From Chiloscyllium plagiosum (Eukaryota), in NCBI RefSeq assembly GCF_004010195.1, contig NC_057711.1, forward strand, positions 78,769,738 through 78,833,737: a stretch of DNA of 64,000 bases, in the 5' to 3' direction. Shown here piece after piece: positions 13,096-26,752 of this stretch (positions within the stretch are counted from its first letter, which is position 1; each line of letters opens with the position of its first letter). The translations under genes and the position numbers were made by a program. The notes below the pieces were generated by a model. It saw only the letters and a list, made by a program, of their open reading frames with translations, did no database searches and was not told the origin of the DNA.

Positions 13096-13376
13096 ATAAT
13101 CGCCCCTATATAGAGTTGCCTTTCGTCTGAAGGAATTAATTAAACACAATACCAAGTCAAGTCCAGAATCGTCTCTAATCAGTTCCTGAATGTGTTGCTT
13201 TAAGAAACTATTTCAAAAACATTCCACCATGGCTGCTAATACCAATATGATTATTCCAGTTTGTCTAGATCCAAATCACCCCTAAGTATTGCCATCCTTA
13301 TGACAAACACCTGATATTTCATCTTGTATACTTCCCACATCATGGTTACTGTTAGGGAGTCTACTATTCTTCACTT

Positions 13377-13700
13377 AGAATCAGAGAACTCCCATGATGT
13401 GGAAGCAGGTCATCTGGCCCATTGAGTCCACACTGGCCCTCCAAACAGCATCCCCCCCCCCTCCCCCAACAAGACTGCCCTCTTCCCCACCCTAATCCTG
13501 TAACTTTGCATTTCCTATGGCCAATCCAAGTAACCTGCATGTCTTTAGATTGTGGGAGGAAACCAGAGCACCTGGATGAATCCAGTACAAATACGGGGAG
13601 AATGTGCAATCTCCACACAAACAGTCACCCGAGGCTGGAATTGAACAGGATCCCTGTCACTGTGAGGCAGTAGTGCTAATCACTGAGCCACCGTGATGCC
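13377..13700 (-). mobile_element. HE1-type SINE (older)
   Basis: Reverse-complement tRNA-like head and core tgtgggaggaaaccagagcacc. Confidence 0.88.
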
Positions 13701-13757
13701 CCAAACTGATTCTACATCCTGATTTCCTGAACCAAAGTCATCACTAACTATGGTACT

Positions 13758-14092
13758 AACATGGTGGCTCAGTGGTTAGCACTGCTGCCTTCTGGTATGA
13801 GGGACCTGGGTTCGATTCCTGTCTCAGGTGACTCTCTGTGTGGAGTTTGCACATTCTCCCCGTGTCTGCGTGGGTTTCCTCCCAGTGCTCCGGTTTCTTT
13901 CCATAATCCAAAAATGTGTATGTTAGGTGAATTGGCCATGCTAAATTTCCCATAGTGTTCAGGATATGTAAGTTTGGTCATTAGTCAGAGATAAATGTGG
14001 TGAGGGAGTGGGTCTGGGTGGGTTACTCTTCAGAGGGTTGGTGTCGACTTGTTAGGCCTAGTGGTTTGTTACAACACTGTAGGAATTCTATT
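13758..14092 (+). mobile_element. HE1-type SINE
   Basis: tggctcagtggttagcactg A-box, ggttcgattcc B-box, conserved core. Confidence 0.9.
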
Positions 14093-14528
14093 TCAAAATG
14101 CCATGTTTGTTTATAAGTACTGCCACTCCAACTTAACCTGTCTCCTTTCCATCATTAATGTCATACATACCTCAAAATTCAGACCGTAATCTCAGTCATT
14201 CTGCACTGTCAGCAATGGCTGTCAGATCATACTTATTCATTTAAAGTGCATATCAATCCATTTACTTTGTTTTAGATGTTACATGCATTCAGATCCAGAG
14301 CCTTTAATTTTGTATTTTTGCTATCTTTATAACATCTGACCTTGACTGTGGATTTATCTTTCACTTTTCTGTGCATTGTTCCTCATGCATTTTCTAATCT
14401 TCATTTTCTTCACGAATATTTTGCTATCTTGTCTTGTCTCAATCCCTTGACTTTTTTTACAATGACACAAGCTAAATTCCTCACTTGCCTTGTTTAATTT
14501 CAAGCTGTCTCTACTTCCCCAGTTATGA

Positions 14529-14619
14529 TTCCTGATGAAGGGCTTTTGCCCAAAACGTCAATTTTCCTGCTCCTCAGATGCTGTCTGACCTGCTGTGCTT
14601 TTCTAGCACCACACTCTTG
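14529..14619 (+). mobile_element. 91-bp PLE-terminus insertion with hammerhead core (GAAA mutated to AAAA)
   Basis: ctgatgaagggcttttgcccaaaacgtc at 14532-14559; 16-bp TSD acttccccagttatga at 14513-14528 and 14620-14635. Confidence 0.85.
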
Positions 14620-15829
14620 ACTTCCCCAGTTATGAGGCTTGTGAAGTCTTAGCATAGTTCAGGTATAGACTGTCAAAAAGGTACAGATCCCACTTTCTCC
14701 AGTTCACCACAAGGTAGAACTCACTTCTCCCACAATGGCTGTTGAGCCACAAATTCATTCTTTGCAGTACATGGCTCAGCGAGTATTCTGGAGATTATTA
14801 ACTTTGACATTTTGCTTTTCAATTTTGCACCTAACTTCTCGTACTCCCCCAGCAGAATATTTTTCTTCGTTCTACTTATGATGTTGGTAGCAATGTGGAC
14901 CATGACCCCTGGATCCTTCCCTTCCTATTGCAAGTTCAGAGCAGATATCCCAAATCCTGGTACAAGGCAGATGCAGACAACATAGGCATCTGGACTTACT
15001 CTGCTACAGAGTACAGTGCCAATCCACCCTCACTATAACTGCTCCTAATGACACAGCATTCCTCCTCACTCTTCCTCTCCTGGAATAAAGTGTCCAGGAA
15101 GCATGCCACTCCCCATCCAATGTACTGTGGAGTCTGCAGGTTGGGGTCCGGCTCAGTAGCTCTGAGCTGAAGTTCCTGCAATCTCAAGCACTTACTGTTG
15201 ATGTGTTTGCTCTGGGTCAAACCAGCATCCTGAAGCCCCCACTTTCTGCAAATGCAACACAGCACCTGCCATCTCAAATATGTTAATTAATTAGTTAATT
15301 TATAATTAATACATTCTACACCTTTAAAAAGGTTTTAGCATTAGCAGAAAACATTAAAATTACATCAAAACAATACAATAATTACAATAGATAAAATGTA
15401 CAATTTCTCACAACACCATCTGATTGATTTGTTCCTTTTGCTGTGTTGAATTGGAAATCAAATGACAGAAGCTGATAAAATGAATAGTAGAAATAAACTA
15501 TGCCCTTCACTGAACTCCGAACTCGGTACACGTCAATTCTTTCAGTAAACCTTACTTAACCTGATGCACTGAATTTCCGCTCTGAATCAAATTCCAAGAT
15601 ACACTTAGTCAACCTCTGTGTCATTGACTAAGTGCCCTTGCTGACACCCCTAATGACATAATCTCTTTCAGAACCATTACTTCATACAACACTAGAAAAT
15701 CACCAAACTCAATGCATTCTACAAATTAATACTTGAGATTATTAAAATAGTCATGATGCATTCATACTTTAGCAGTCCATTGTACCGTCTTTATTTCAGG
15801 CAGCACAACAATCTAGTGTGGATAATGGG

Positions 15830-16110
15830 GGAGAAGGGCTATCTGCAGACCACCTGGCTATATGCTCCCTACATCACACACACACATTGACCATGACAGA
15901 CTATTGGGATGCTTCAGCAATGTTTATGCTGCCTGGACTGCAGTGGAAGAGATCTGTCATACTCAGCAGCTCACGTGTCAAAATTTGTGGCTGTCTGCTG
16001 TATACTGGAAAGACTCATCTTAATGAAGGCGTAGCTCCTGCCACCAGGGACATATTAAACAACTGAGAAAAAAAGAGGAGAAGGAGATAGAAGGATGGAG
16101 GTAGCCAATG
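15830..16110 (+). mobile_element. PIF/Harbinger transposase relic (C-terminal DDE region)
   Basis: QTIGMLQQCLCCLDCSGRDLSYSAAHVSKFVAVCCIL matches the E-x-T-I-G-x-L-K-x-R-F-R-C-L-D-x-S-G-G pattern of Harbinger transposases. Confidence 0.65.
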
Positions 16111-16919
16111 CTTCACTTATCTGGACAGTTTGTCAGTGAATGCAAGCCAATTCCCCATTCACCAACAACTCTGCTTCTTACCATTCCTCTGTTACTGACT
16201 ATCATAATATCCACTTGGCTACAATGTTGAAGCAAAGGCTGTGACAAATCACCCTTGTGTATTTCTGTAGTGCCTGCCTGTCATGTGTTTTTGCTGCCTT
16301 GGTACTCTTACACAGGGCCTCCCCAGTGGCTGCTCAGTTTCCATGGGGAAGACAGTGGATAACCTTGCAAGGTGCTTTTGAGAAGCTCTGGGCTCTTCAG
16401 GGTCCAGCTTTGGACAAATCCACCTTGGCATGCCACAGGAGTCTGCCAAAGCAATCCAATATTTACAATCCTCATAAAACTTACAGTTTCTAATAACACC
16501 AATTACTGATCTATCTGCTCCTTCGGTTGCAAAAATTTAGAGATCAAACGCTGACAAGTAATAGGAAGAGTAGTACATTCACCAAACTCCTCATTCAGCA
16601 CGTTTTACTTCTGGCAGTAAACCTTACTCTAGCATTTCAATATATACTGTTCATAATTGTTCTGCAGACAGCCACGTTGAAGTTCTTATTTGAATCATGT
16701 ATATCAGAATGCAATTCAGTCCTGCTTTCCAGTGTGCTGACACTTGTTCTACCCATCTCCTGCCCTCACTGTAAATCATGCATTCCTGTTATGTCACCAT
16801 GAGTACATCCTTCCTCTAAACTACCCTCCTGATTTTGGTATCTGCCCATCCCCCTATTATAGATTGAGGTCATGGTGGATGGGATTGTGATGAGCTGGTT
16901 AGTTCCTGCCTAGTTCATG

Positions 16920-17010
16920 TGAATTGAATTGAATTGAATTAGCTTTGTTGCCACATGAACTCGAATGACTGCAGTGACAAGTTTTCAATGTCGCTACTTA
17001 TAGTGCCATA
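16920..17010 (-). mobile_element. Rex1/Babar-type 3' tail fragment with (TTCAA)n end
   Basis: (gaatt)4 followed by sequence resembling 26753-26830. Confidence 0.55.
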
Positions 17011-19859
17011 CAAGATACCTAGGTACAGATACTTAAGTATTTGGTACAGAATTGAAAGAATAATAACTACAAGTTCAGCATAAGAATAAAATGTTTAACA
17101 ACATACTCAAATTACAGTCATTCCATGCCAAAAGCACACCTGACAGGGGATGTCATATTCAACATATAGTTTCTGTTTTCATTATACCCAATGTTCCCTT
17201 TACTTTTCAGCTTGAAGGACACTTAACTTGGACCAAGGATTTTACAAATCTGTAAACAATGCTGCACTAATACTGAGCTGAGCAGGGCAGTGATCCTTTT
17301 AGCTCATCGCTTGAATGGTACTGAGTCTTTAATAACCTGAATGAGGCAGCTGAATTCAAGTTAGACTCTAATGTTGGGCTCCAGTCTGTCATTTGCTTTT
17401 GGAGTGGCACTGCTTGTATGGGGAACAAATAAAACAGTCCCCTTTACCTATTTTTACTACCTTTCCATCTCCACATAATTTGGCCTTTGGGTAAAATGGT
17501 CTGTTCTACACCTTGGGTTGGTCACATTAAGTTGGTCCCTTCTAATTGTCATTTGTGTTTTTTTTTCTCCAAATTGTGCTGTTCTGCAACTTTCTAGTGC
17601 TCTATTAAGCACCTTAGAAAAGAACACCTTCTTACGAGGATAACAGTGTGAATGTTTGGTAAAGAGGAGGCTAAGAGTCCTCATGGTAGTAAAGAGATTC
17701 ATGGTAAAAATATCAGAAAATACCATAAATACTTTGTGAGTCTGGCAACATCTGTGGTGAGAGAATCAGCTAATATTTCAGGTCCATGCTTTGTCACCAG
17801 ATTTATCAGAGATCATTAGTTATCAGTCTTACAATTATAAACACTTTGAACATAATGCTATATAATTGTTTATTTTAAATGAACATGGTAACAGAAAAGT
17901 GAACAGGACACGTACATAAAAATAAAATTAATTCTGAAGTTGGCAGCAAAAAACAGAATGAAACAGCCTTTATCTTAAATTCTGATATTTCATAGCACAC
18001 TACAAATTAAGCATGTAATCAACACTTGATAATGAGACTAAATTGAAAGAGAAGAATGCAATATTTGGATTACTTATAATCAAACTCCTTTGTAAATCAT
18101 TGATGTCTCTAACCACTGATATTGTTTGCAATCATTAATTATAACCTGATGCAATTAAAATTGAAAAAGAGTGTGAAAATAAATAAACCAATTTAATGGA
18201 AATAAAAACTGAAGTTGCCTTGCATATCATGCATTGCTGGAGTCCACAACCTAACATAAATGAGGAGTTTTCTCTATAGTTGCTTATCACTGCATTAACT
18301 GAGATCTAATTGCATCTGTTCTTTATGTTGGCAGATGCAGCTTCTGCAGAGCAACAGTTCAGAGACAGAGTTCCCTGATTAATGCCTCCAGCTGTCATAC
18401 GTCCCATTATCTGTACATTTGCATAACTTAATGGTTTAGGACACGGCAGAGTGGATGCTTAATTTAATGTTTAGCAGACTCTTGATAGTCAAATAATTCA
18501 AAACTGTCATGGGAGGTCAGTAATACAATAATACGGGACGGCAGTTATGATTTCTGCATATTTTAAAGTTATAACACAGAATAAATAAAGAAAAGGCAGT
18601 CAGGCACTTAAATTTTAATGTTTTATAAATATATATAGTTGATGAAAATTCTTTATTGTTCAAATTACTAGGTTCTGTTAAATCCCGAATGATATTGCTC
18701 TGCACAGGGGGAGTCAACAATGTAAAGCAAAGGCTCCTTTTCGATGGGAGATTTCATAAAAGCTCTGATGAACTGCAGGTTCAACACATTCATAACATTT
18801 TCTGCTTGTTTTTACTTCAGATTTCCACAATTTATATTTCTTTTCTCCTGAGCAAGTATCCCTTTCCTCTCCTTTCCCCAAGGGAGCAATTTCTTACTGG
18901 CCTACAGTAATATAAACATTGGCCTTCCTGCAATACCTCATTCTGATGGCTATTATTCACGTGTGAACTCTGACAGTGAATATTAGCAGGTTATTCAACT
19001 GCAAGGGATATGGTAGTTGAACACAATCCTCAGCAAAACACACACATAGGAACTTCCAGTAGCGGGTGGCTGGAATTGCTGGATACTGATGAGGAATGGA
19101 ACACTGGCTGACTCTTTCCTCTCACCCAGACATGCTGGGCTTGGTAGTAGAACTCACAGCTGAAATAAACTTATTCAATACAGACCAGAGTGAGTGGGGT
19201 CAAATGTGTGACCTCCTAATTTGCATAACCCAAATAATCACTGGTTTGATTCTTTCAAATCTCCATTCAACCCATGTGTCCTTAATACAATATTTTTGTC
19301 TCTCCTGTCAACTGGTTAACAGATGTTATTCTCTTTCTCCACTCTTTTACATTAATCATTGCAGCAATACTTTTGTTTCGCAGATTGTTTAAAATTGTAG
19401 TTTATTCTGTTTTTCTCTATATGTATAAATCTTGAACTCTATAACTATGTTAGCTATAATTGTCTAAATGAGACCTCTAATCATTGGAATGGAACAAAGA
19501 AATGTTTCAATGTAGATCATTCGTTAATATTAATAAATAATACCTTTGAAGAAATTTCAGTCGCTTATCTGTCCTGTTCAACTTTTGGAATATTTTTACC
19601 ATCCAAGCCCATTTCTCCGGAGAGCACTGGGAGACTGCAGCAACCCCGGTTTCAATTGTAGGAGTGAAAGATTGTGGGAAAGTTGAGTTCTGTTGATGCA
19701 GTGAGGAGACTACAAGGGTGCGTAAATATGGAGAAGATTTTGGAGGGACAAAATTCAAGCTTTGAATCAGAGGACCCCTAATTGGGCACTTACGAATCTC
19801 AATTGGCTCTAGATACAATGGCTGTCTGTCAAATTCCCACTGATGGTAAAATGCTAGCA

Positions 19860-20235
19860 GAGGCAGGAATATGTCAGGTATGTGTACTATGTACAAGATG
19901 CACTACAGAAATTCACCAAGGCTCTTTAGAAAGCACCCATGACCACTACCATATAGAAATACATTGGTAGCAGATACACGGGAGCACCACCACCAGCAGG
20001 TTCCCCTCCAAGTCACTCACCATCCAGAACTGGAAACATATCACCGTTCCTTCAGTGTCATTGGGTCAAAAATGCAGAACATCCTCTCTATTGGCATTGT
20101 AGGGGTCTACCTACACCAACTAGATTGCAGTGGTGCATGATGGCAGCTCATTACCATCTTCTGAAGGCGATCTAGGCATATGCAATAAAGCCAGCCCAGT
20201 CAGCAACACCAAAGTCCCATAAGTAAATAAAGACA
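19860..20235 (+). mobile_element. 3' end of the same L2/CR1-group LINE family as 11440-13095
   Basis: Collinear with 12750-13090 (aagatgcactacagaaattcaccaag ... gttccttcagtg ... aataaa). Confidence 0.8.
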
Positions 20236-21124
20236 AAATGCTATAGTCCCACTTTTCTGCTTGATATTTTGTTCCATCGCATAACCTCCAAATCACCTTT
20301 CAGCACACCTACTGTTGCTGCGTATAGGTACTCCTGCCAGGGGATCTACTGCATGGTAAGTCGCATTTCCCTGCTTTGCACCATTTCACACATCCATCAC
20401 CTTCTGCAATTACTCTGTGACATTTATCCTCCAACTATATCTCGGTCAAGCCCTGTTTTTGCTGCCCCCATTTTGCTTTCCAGAAGAGTTCTCTACAACT
20501 TTCTAGTTCGGATCACATCACTGAACGACAAATTTTATTTTCTTGACATCAAGTTTTAGAGTTATTTTCCTTCTTACAATTTCAAATACCTCTTCTATTG
20601 TTCTATGGTCCATATGAGGAAGGTTTAGCACATATCTTAGTGTCCACTCCCTGAGGCTCCATAAATGCTGATTTCTGACAATGCTTGTGAAAACTAAACC
20701 ATAGATTCTGGTTTGTATAACTCCCCTTTCCTTCCCTTTAGCGGAGATGGAATTCTGTAAACCTAGTTTCTGCTAACATGCCAGAACCATTTTCAGCTGG
20801 AAACCTGTTGGGATCTTCAGCTGGCTTTACTGCAGCTTCTTTACTGAACCAGGGCATTAACATTCTGTTTCCTGACTCCCAAGCCAATCAAAACAGGCAG
20901 TTGTGATGATACATTATACCTGTCAAAGAAAGGTTACTTGCCTGGGCTTTTAAGGTGGACAAATAGGAGGCTGGAAGAACACATCAAACCAGGCAGCATC
21001 TGGAGGTGGAGAAGTCGATGTTTCGACTTCAGGACATGAAGACGTTGTTGTGAGATTTATGGCCGGTGGTGTAGTGAGCTCATTCAGGAATGGCAGAATG
21101 AGGACAACCACTTCAACTAGGCTG

Positions 21125-21256
21125 GCACGGATGGAAGAGGGATATGGGCCAAGTGCTGGCAAATGGGACTAGATTAGGTTAGGATATCTGGTTGGCATGG
21201 ACGAATTGGACCAAAATGTGTGTTTCCGTGCTGTACATTTCTATGACTCTCTGACT
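21125..21256 (+). mobile_element. CR1 3' UTR fragment, preceded by a minus-strand PLE-terminus remnant (about 20950-21035)
   Basis: ggatatgggccaagtgctggcaaatgggactag...ctatgactct tail. Confidence 0.8.
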
Positions 21257-21629
21257 ATACTAAGCCAACAGAGCAGTGTGTCCTTTAGCTCTGGATGTGT
21301 TGCTAAATGAGCTTCAAAGAGCTCAGAAGGATGGGAAAACTGAATGACTTAAAGCTTTCATTTGCCAAGCCTCACTTTCTGCACTTTCCAGCATCTTCTG
21401 CTCAATACTCCTGGGGTTGTGCAGATAATCTTGCAGCTACAAATATGCCCCTCTCTAGAGACTTCCTCACATCCCCAGCACCAACACTCTATTCAGCCTC
21501 CCCCTTTTGCCTGCTTCAATCCATTTCTCACACTCACCCTTCACAGATTTTATGTTTCCCTCCATCCATACAATTCATCACCATCACTAATAGCTCCACT
21601 TTCTCTCTTTGCAGTTTATACAGATGCCC

Positions 21630-21960
21630 AGCGGCAAGCTGACTAGATACCTATTTGACTGTTAGAGATGCATGATTACTTGGCCCACAAGGAAGGAAAT
21701 CTTTTACCAAAGAGTCAGTAGATTTAATAATGATCTGCTGTGAAAACTTTTGTGTCCTGAGGCACTGGTCCTCAGACGTGAGAGAACTGGTTCTCTGCCT
21801 GTAGACCCTGTATTGGGTTCTTACCTCCTTGAAGCTGGATCTCAATGTCAATTCCCTCTGCTCTGAGGAATGGCAGGTGGTTGAGAAGAAGGTCCATTTG
21901 CTGGTCTTTGTTGGAAGAATAAGATAAAGGTTCATAAGTTGCTTCTGTGGCCATGGGAGA
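21630..21960 (-). mobile_element. PIF/Harbinger transposase relic (N-terminal part)
   Basis: YRVYRQRTSSLTSEDQCLRTQKFSQQII...DFLPCGPSNHASLTVK. Confidence 0.6.
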
Positions 21961-22516
21961 TTTTGACAGCAGGGACTGCAGCTAGGGCTGTGTGAAATGC
22001 AAGGGAAGTGAATTGACTACAAGAAGTCACCAATCACCTGTTAAGCGTTGAAAACACTCTCTAGAAGGAGTGCAAGGAGTCGGAACCTCTCATCTGCCCA
22101 TGACTGCAACTCTTCAATTTTACAAATCAAAGGGCTTCCCAGTCTGTCACTTTCACTGAAGTCGCAGTGCTTGAGGTGCACTCACCTCTGTGACCTTTTG
22201 GCAAATAGACAACCTGTCTGTTAAATCCAGAATTCTTGGTTTGAAAGAAAATTAATTATCTATAATGCAACAGAAACACAAATAGCACATTTGATAAATA
22301 AAATATCCCAAAGCATTTCACAGGAGCATTTATAAAACAAAGTATGACATTCAGCCCACAAGCAAGTATTAAGTCAGATGACTAAAAGTTTGATTAAATA
22401 ACTAGATTTTAATGCATGCCTTAAAGGAAGAAAGTGAGGCAGAGGCAGAGTTATGTCGGAAGTTAATTCTTTCTCTTGCCCAACAGCTATACAGGAATTT
22501 CTGATCACCTTCAAAC

Positions 22517-22601
22517 CTGAAGAAGGGCCTGTGCCCGAAACGTCGAATCTCCTGTTCCCTGGATGCTGCCTGACCTGCTGTGCTGTTCCAGCAATAAAGT
22601 T
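22517..22601 (+). mobile_element. About 85-bp PLE-terminus insertion with intact hammerhead core
   Basis: CUGAAGA-A-GGGC-CUGU-GCCC-GAAA-CGUC at 22517-22544; 15-bp repeat tcaccttcaaacctg at 22505-22519 and 22602-22616. Confidence 0.83.
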
Positions 22602-24622
22602 TCACCTTCAAACCTGCTCAAGTGAAAGCTGTGAGAGGGCAGAATGACATTGCAATATCAACCTGACACCAGTTTTGGGGGGAATTAATTCACTGCATGC
22701 ACTCAAACCTGTCCCCACCTGCCTGAGAAAATTCCCTCCATGATTCAAAACTGTCATCACTTTCCGGATGAGACAATGATCATAGATGGCTGGAAAAAGT
22801 GAAAAATAAATTGTGATTAGTAAACTGCATGGGAACCTTCTGTAAAATTGATTATTTTGCCCCTTTAAGGCAACCTACTGTACAAAACAACATTATACTC
22901 CCTGAAAGATCTTTAGTTCTCCATTGCATGTGATTAATTAAGAAATGATGATCAGGTGACACCAAGTTTGTGTTTAGAAGTCTGCTGGGGGAAGACTGAA
23001 ATGAATAGATGCAGCAATTATGAATGGCAGAAATTATAACTACAGAAGGAGACAACATTGAGGTGTCCTCGAACTAGTCTGACGGTTATGTTCATTTAAG
23101 CCGTATTCAACCTATAGCTGTCCTTAATAAGAAAATTGATATATCTCATGTAAAATTTATTACTGATGCCATCCACTTTGGCCACACATTTTACATTTAT
23201 CTATTTTGCAATTTGCCTAAAGTTAATGTTTATGCTCTATTTTTGTGCACTTGATACAAGATGAACTTCCAATATGATATGCATATACTTAACACACTCG
23301 TTCAGCTAACTAGCATCACCACACCCCACCCATGATAATTGTAAGAAGCTATTAATCATTGGAGTGGAATAAAGAAATTCATCAGACCAGTTATCATACC
23401 TTTAGGTGGTTTTATTCAATGTCACTTACCATTCAAATGAATTTGAAGTACTCTTGTCACATCAGCATTCAAAAGAGATATGATTAACATTGTGTGTAAA
23501 ACTGCTTTAATAGGCAGCCTGTGGCAGTAAGGAAAGTTTGAAGATGGTTCATTGACTGGTCATCCTGATTAAAATGCCGTGCTATATCGTTAAAAGCTTT
23601 TCAAATACATTTCTCTGTATGTATGATTGTTGTCAATACAACTGAGAGACTTAAACCTTAAAATATATACAATTGCAAAATCTTCCTGACAAGGCAATAT
23701 CTCCTACAAATATAACCAACAAAAATTAAAGTTCATGAGGGGGATAACATGTTAATTTTGATTTATTTCATAGTCAGTACTCTTAACTAACTTGCTGCAT
23801 TTTTATCTTCTGAAAACTGAGGTTGGATTATAAAATATTAAATATGCATCTACTAACATGATATAAACAAAATGTCTTGGTATTTCATGTGCATTTGCAG
23901 TTTTGATTTTATGGACTTGATCATCTGGTGTAAACTGGGTAATGCAACCCAAACCAACACTATACTGAATTAAGACTCTGCTGTCTTGTTCTTCTTTGTT
24001 CTAGACTCCATGAACAATAAATTCCAATCAATTTGATTCAGGTTGAATAAAAAATATTGATAAAAATGCCACCCCTACTCTTTTTTAAATGGTGCGATAG
24101 GTCTTTTAAATAAAATCTTAGGATGGTAGAGTGGTTACATCACAGGTGAGGCCATTAGCTGGATCATGTCCATGCTGTCACTATGCAGGAGTCTCTCATC
24201 GAACAATTGCACTGCTCCTCTTTTCCCCATAGCCCTACAAATATTTTTCTGTTCAGGTGCTTATCCAATTCCACTTTTAAAGCCAGAGTGGAATTTGCCT
24301 CCATCAAACTGTGAGGCAGTGCATGCCAAATCCTAACTATTTGCTGCATATAAAACCTTGTCCTCATTGTGCCATTGCTTCTTTTACCAATGACCTTACA
24401 TCAGTGCCCTCTAATTCTCAACCCTCCTGCCAAATGCGAATAATTTCTTCCTATCTGCTCACGCCCCTCATGATTTTAAACACATCAATCAAATCTTCTC
24501 TTAATCAGCTCCTTCAAGGAGAACATCTTAACTTCTATAACCTAGAAATGCAATTGAGGTTAATTGTCCTGGAACCATTCTTACTAAATTTTTTTGCACC
24601 CTCTTAATAGAACTAAGAAGTA

Positions 24623-24925
24623 GGCGGCACGGTGGCACAGTGGTTAGCACTGCTGCCTCACAGCGCCAGAGACCTGGGTTCAATTCCCGGCTCAGGCGAC
24701 TGACTGTGTGGAATTTGCACATTCTCCCCGTGTCTGCGTGGGTTTCCTCCGGGTGCTCCGGTTTCCTCCCACAGTCCAAAGATGTGCAGGCCAGGTGTAA
24801 TTGGCCATGCTAAATTGCCCGTAGTGTTAGGTAAAAGGGTAAACATAGAAATATGGGTGGGTTGCGGGTCGGTGTGGACTTGTTGGGCCGAAAGGCCTGT
24901 TTCCACACTGTAAGTAATCTAATCT
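24623..24925 (+). mobile_element. HE1-type SINE (young)
   Basis: Near-identical to 53587-53918; aatct tail. Confidence 0.95.
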
Positions 24926-25096
24926 TAAAAAAATAACACTTTTACATCCTTCCCAAAGTGTGTGCCCACAACTGAACTCAGTACTCCAGCTGAAGCCAAA
25001 CCAGTGTTTTGTCCAGGATTATCATAACTTCAATACTTTTGTACCTCATATTCATAAAGCCCAGCATCCTATCTGCTTTATTAACCATTTTCTCAT

Positions 25097-25397
25097 TGAA
25101 TGCCTACAGTGTGGACACAGGCCATTTGGCGCATCAAGTTCACACTGACCCTCTGAAGAGCATCCCACCCAGACTCACCCTCTACAACCTTGCAATCCCC
25201 ATAGCTAACCCACCTAGCCTGCACACTATGGTCAATTTAGCATTGCCAACCGACCTAGCCTGCACTTCTTTGGACTGTAGGAGGAAACCAGAGCTCCCGG
25301 CAGAAACCCACACACACATGGTGAGAATGTGCAAATTCCGTGCAGACAGTTACCCAAGCCTGGAATTGATCCTGGTCTCTGGAGCTGTAAGGCAGTA
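25097..25397 (-). mobile_element. HE1-type SINE (older)
   Basis: Reverse-complement core ggactgtaggaggaaaccagagc. Confidence 0.85.
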
Positions 25398-25733
25398 GAT
25401 TTAGATTTAGATTTAGATTTTTAGATTTAGATTACTTACAATGTGGAAACAGGCCCTTCGGCCCAACAAGTCCACACCGCCCTGCCGAAGCACAACCCAC
25501 CCATACCCCTACACATCTACCCCTTACCTAACACTACGAGCAATTTAGCATGGCCAATTCACCTAACCTGCACATCTTTGGACTGTGGGAGGAAACCAGA
25601 GCACCCGGAGGAAACCCACGCAGACACGGGGAGAATGTGCAAACTCCACACAGTCAGTCGCCTGAGGCGGGAATTGAACCCAGGTCTCTGGTGCTGTGAG
25701 GCAGCAGCGCTAACCACTGTGCCACCGTGCCGC
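25398..25733 (-). mobile_element. HE1-type SINE (young) with (AAATCT)n tail
   Basis: Full tRNA-like head ending at 25733; tail (agattt)n at 25398-25432. Confidence 0.95.
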
Positions 25734-26215
25734 CAGTGCACGCTGGAACACCTTATTTTCCGCTTAGGGACCCTTCAGCCCTCCGGACTCAATATCGAGT
25801 TCAGTAATGTTAGGGCCTGAACTCCCCCATGTTCTAGTACTCTACCACACACACCAGGCCTTGTTATCACATAGTCTGCCATTACACACCACCTATTGTT
25901 AGCCACTAACAGTCTCCATTAACAGCTATTCACCTTCCCAGCCAGATCGTTATCAGCTCCTCTGTCTGTCCAACTATTCTTCTCCCTCTTTGGACTCAAT
26001 CCCTATCTATAGTTTATTCCTTAGCCCCTCCCCCTACCCTGTCTTATGCATGTAAACAGACATTTTCCTCACTACCATCAATTCTGAGGAAGGGTCACCA
26101 GACCCGAAACGCTAACTTTGATTTCTCTTTACAATGCTGCCAGACCTGCTGAGCTTTTACAGTTGCTTCTGTCTTTATTTCTGATTTATAGCATCCACAA
26201 TTCTTTTGTTTTTTA
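25734..26215 (+). mobile_element. Penelope-like 3' end (GIY-YIG C-terminus, 3' UTR, hammerhead)
   Basis: LEHLIFRLGTLQPSGLNIEF*; CUGAGGA-A-GGGUC-ACCA-GACCC-GAAA-CG at 26084-26111 with mutated cleavage triplet. Confidence 0.85.
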
Positions 26216-26752
26216 ACCTTTAGTTTATATTGCCTCTCCTCATGTTTCCTGCTAAAATGATTCATCTCTCACTTCTCACCATTAGTTTCATTTACTAGGA
26301 GTTTACAAATTATTACAAATTATTTTGTTTATATTCTCTTGAGGACTATCACTATCCTCCTCACAGTTCACAATGCTTCCAAATTTTGTGTTATTCACAA
26401 ATTTTATCATTGTGCTCTCCATATCCAAGTCTATTCATTGACATAGATTAAGGAAAGGAATAATCATAATACCGATTCCTGGAGAACACTATCATAAACC
26501 TACCTGCAATCTGAAAATAACCAAGATTAGGAATGAAATTCTTGGTTCAGGGTTTCACCTGAAGTATTGTGTTATTGATAGATGTGGAACTCTCTGATGA
26601 TGTTAACCTCCATCCTGAAATCACTGGATCGGAAATATGGCTGCGGTAGAAAACAGATATTTGATACATTACAACCCATATGAGCATTTGATTAAACTGA
26701 ACTTTATCCACTATATATGTAGGGCCTGCAGTGGGGTTGAAATCTGACTCAT

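Larger units (their letters stand above)
13100..15280 (-). mobile_element. Decayed CR1 5' region (ORF1 Cys-rich and esterase-like parts, APE), interrupted by two SINEs and a PLE terminus
   Basis: VLCCICRKW...KCLRLQELQLR and VHIATN...LGAKLKS..LIISRIL are CR1 ORF1-like. Confidence 0.7.
24140..26525 (-). mobile_element. Old CR1 3' region, fragmented by three SINEs and a PLE
   Basis: RFYMQQIVRIWHALP..LKVELDKHL; KRVQKNLVRMVPG; RT-like sequence resumes at 26220-26525. Confidence 0.72.

Noticed and set aside
17420..18760. Host exon or conserved non-coding element in repeat-poor DNA (also 22700-24060, 38340-39500, 46400-48000, 60200-60900)
   Set aside because: No convincing splice-bounded ORF or recognisable protein; conservation cannot be judged without alignments
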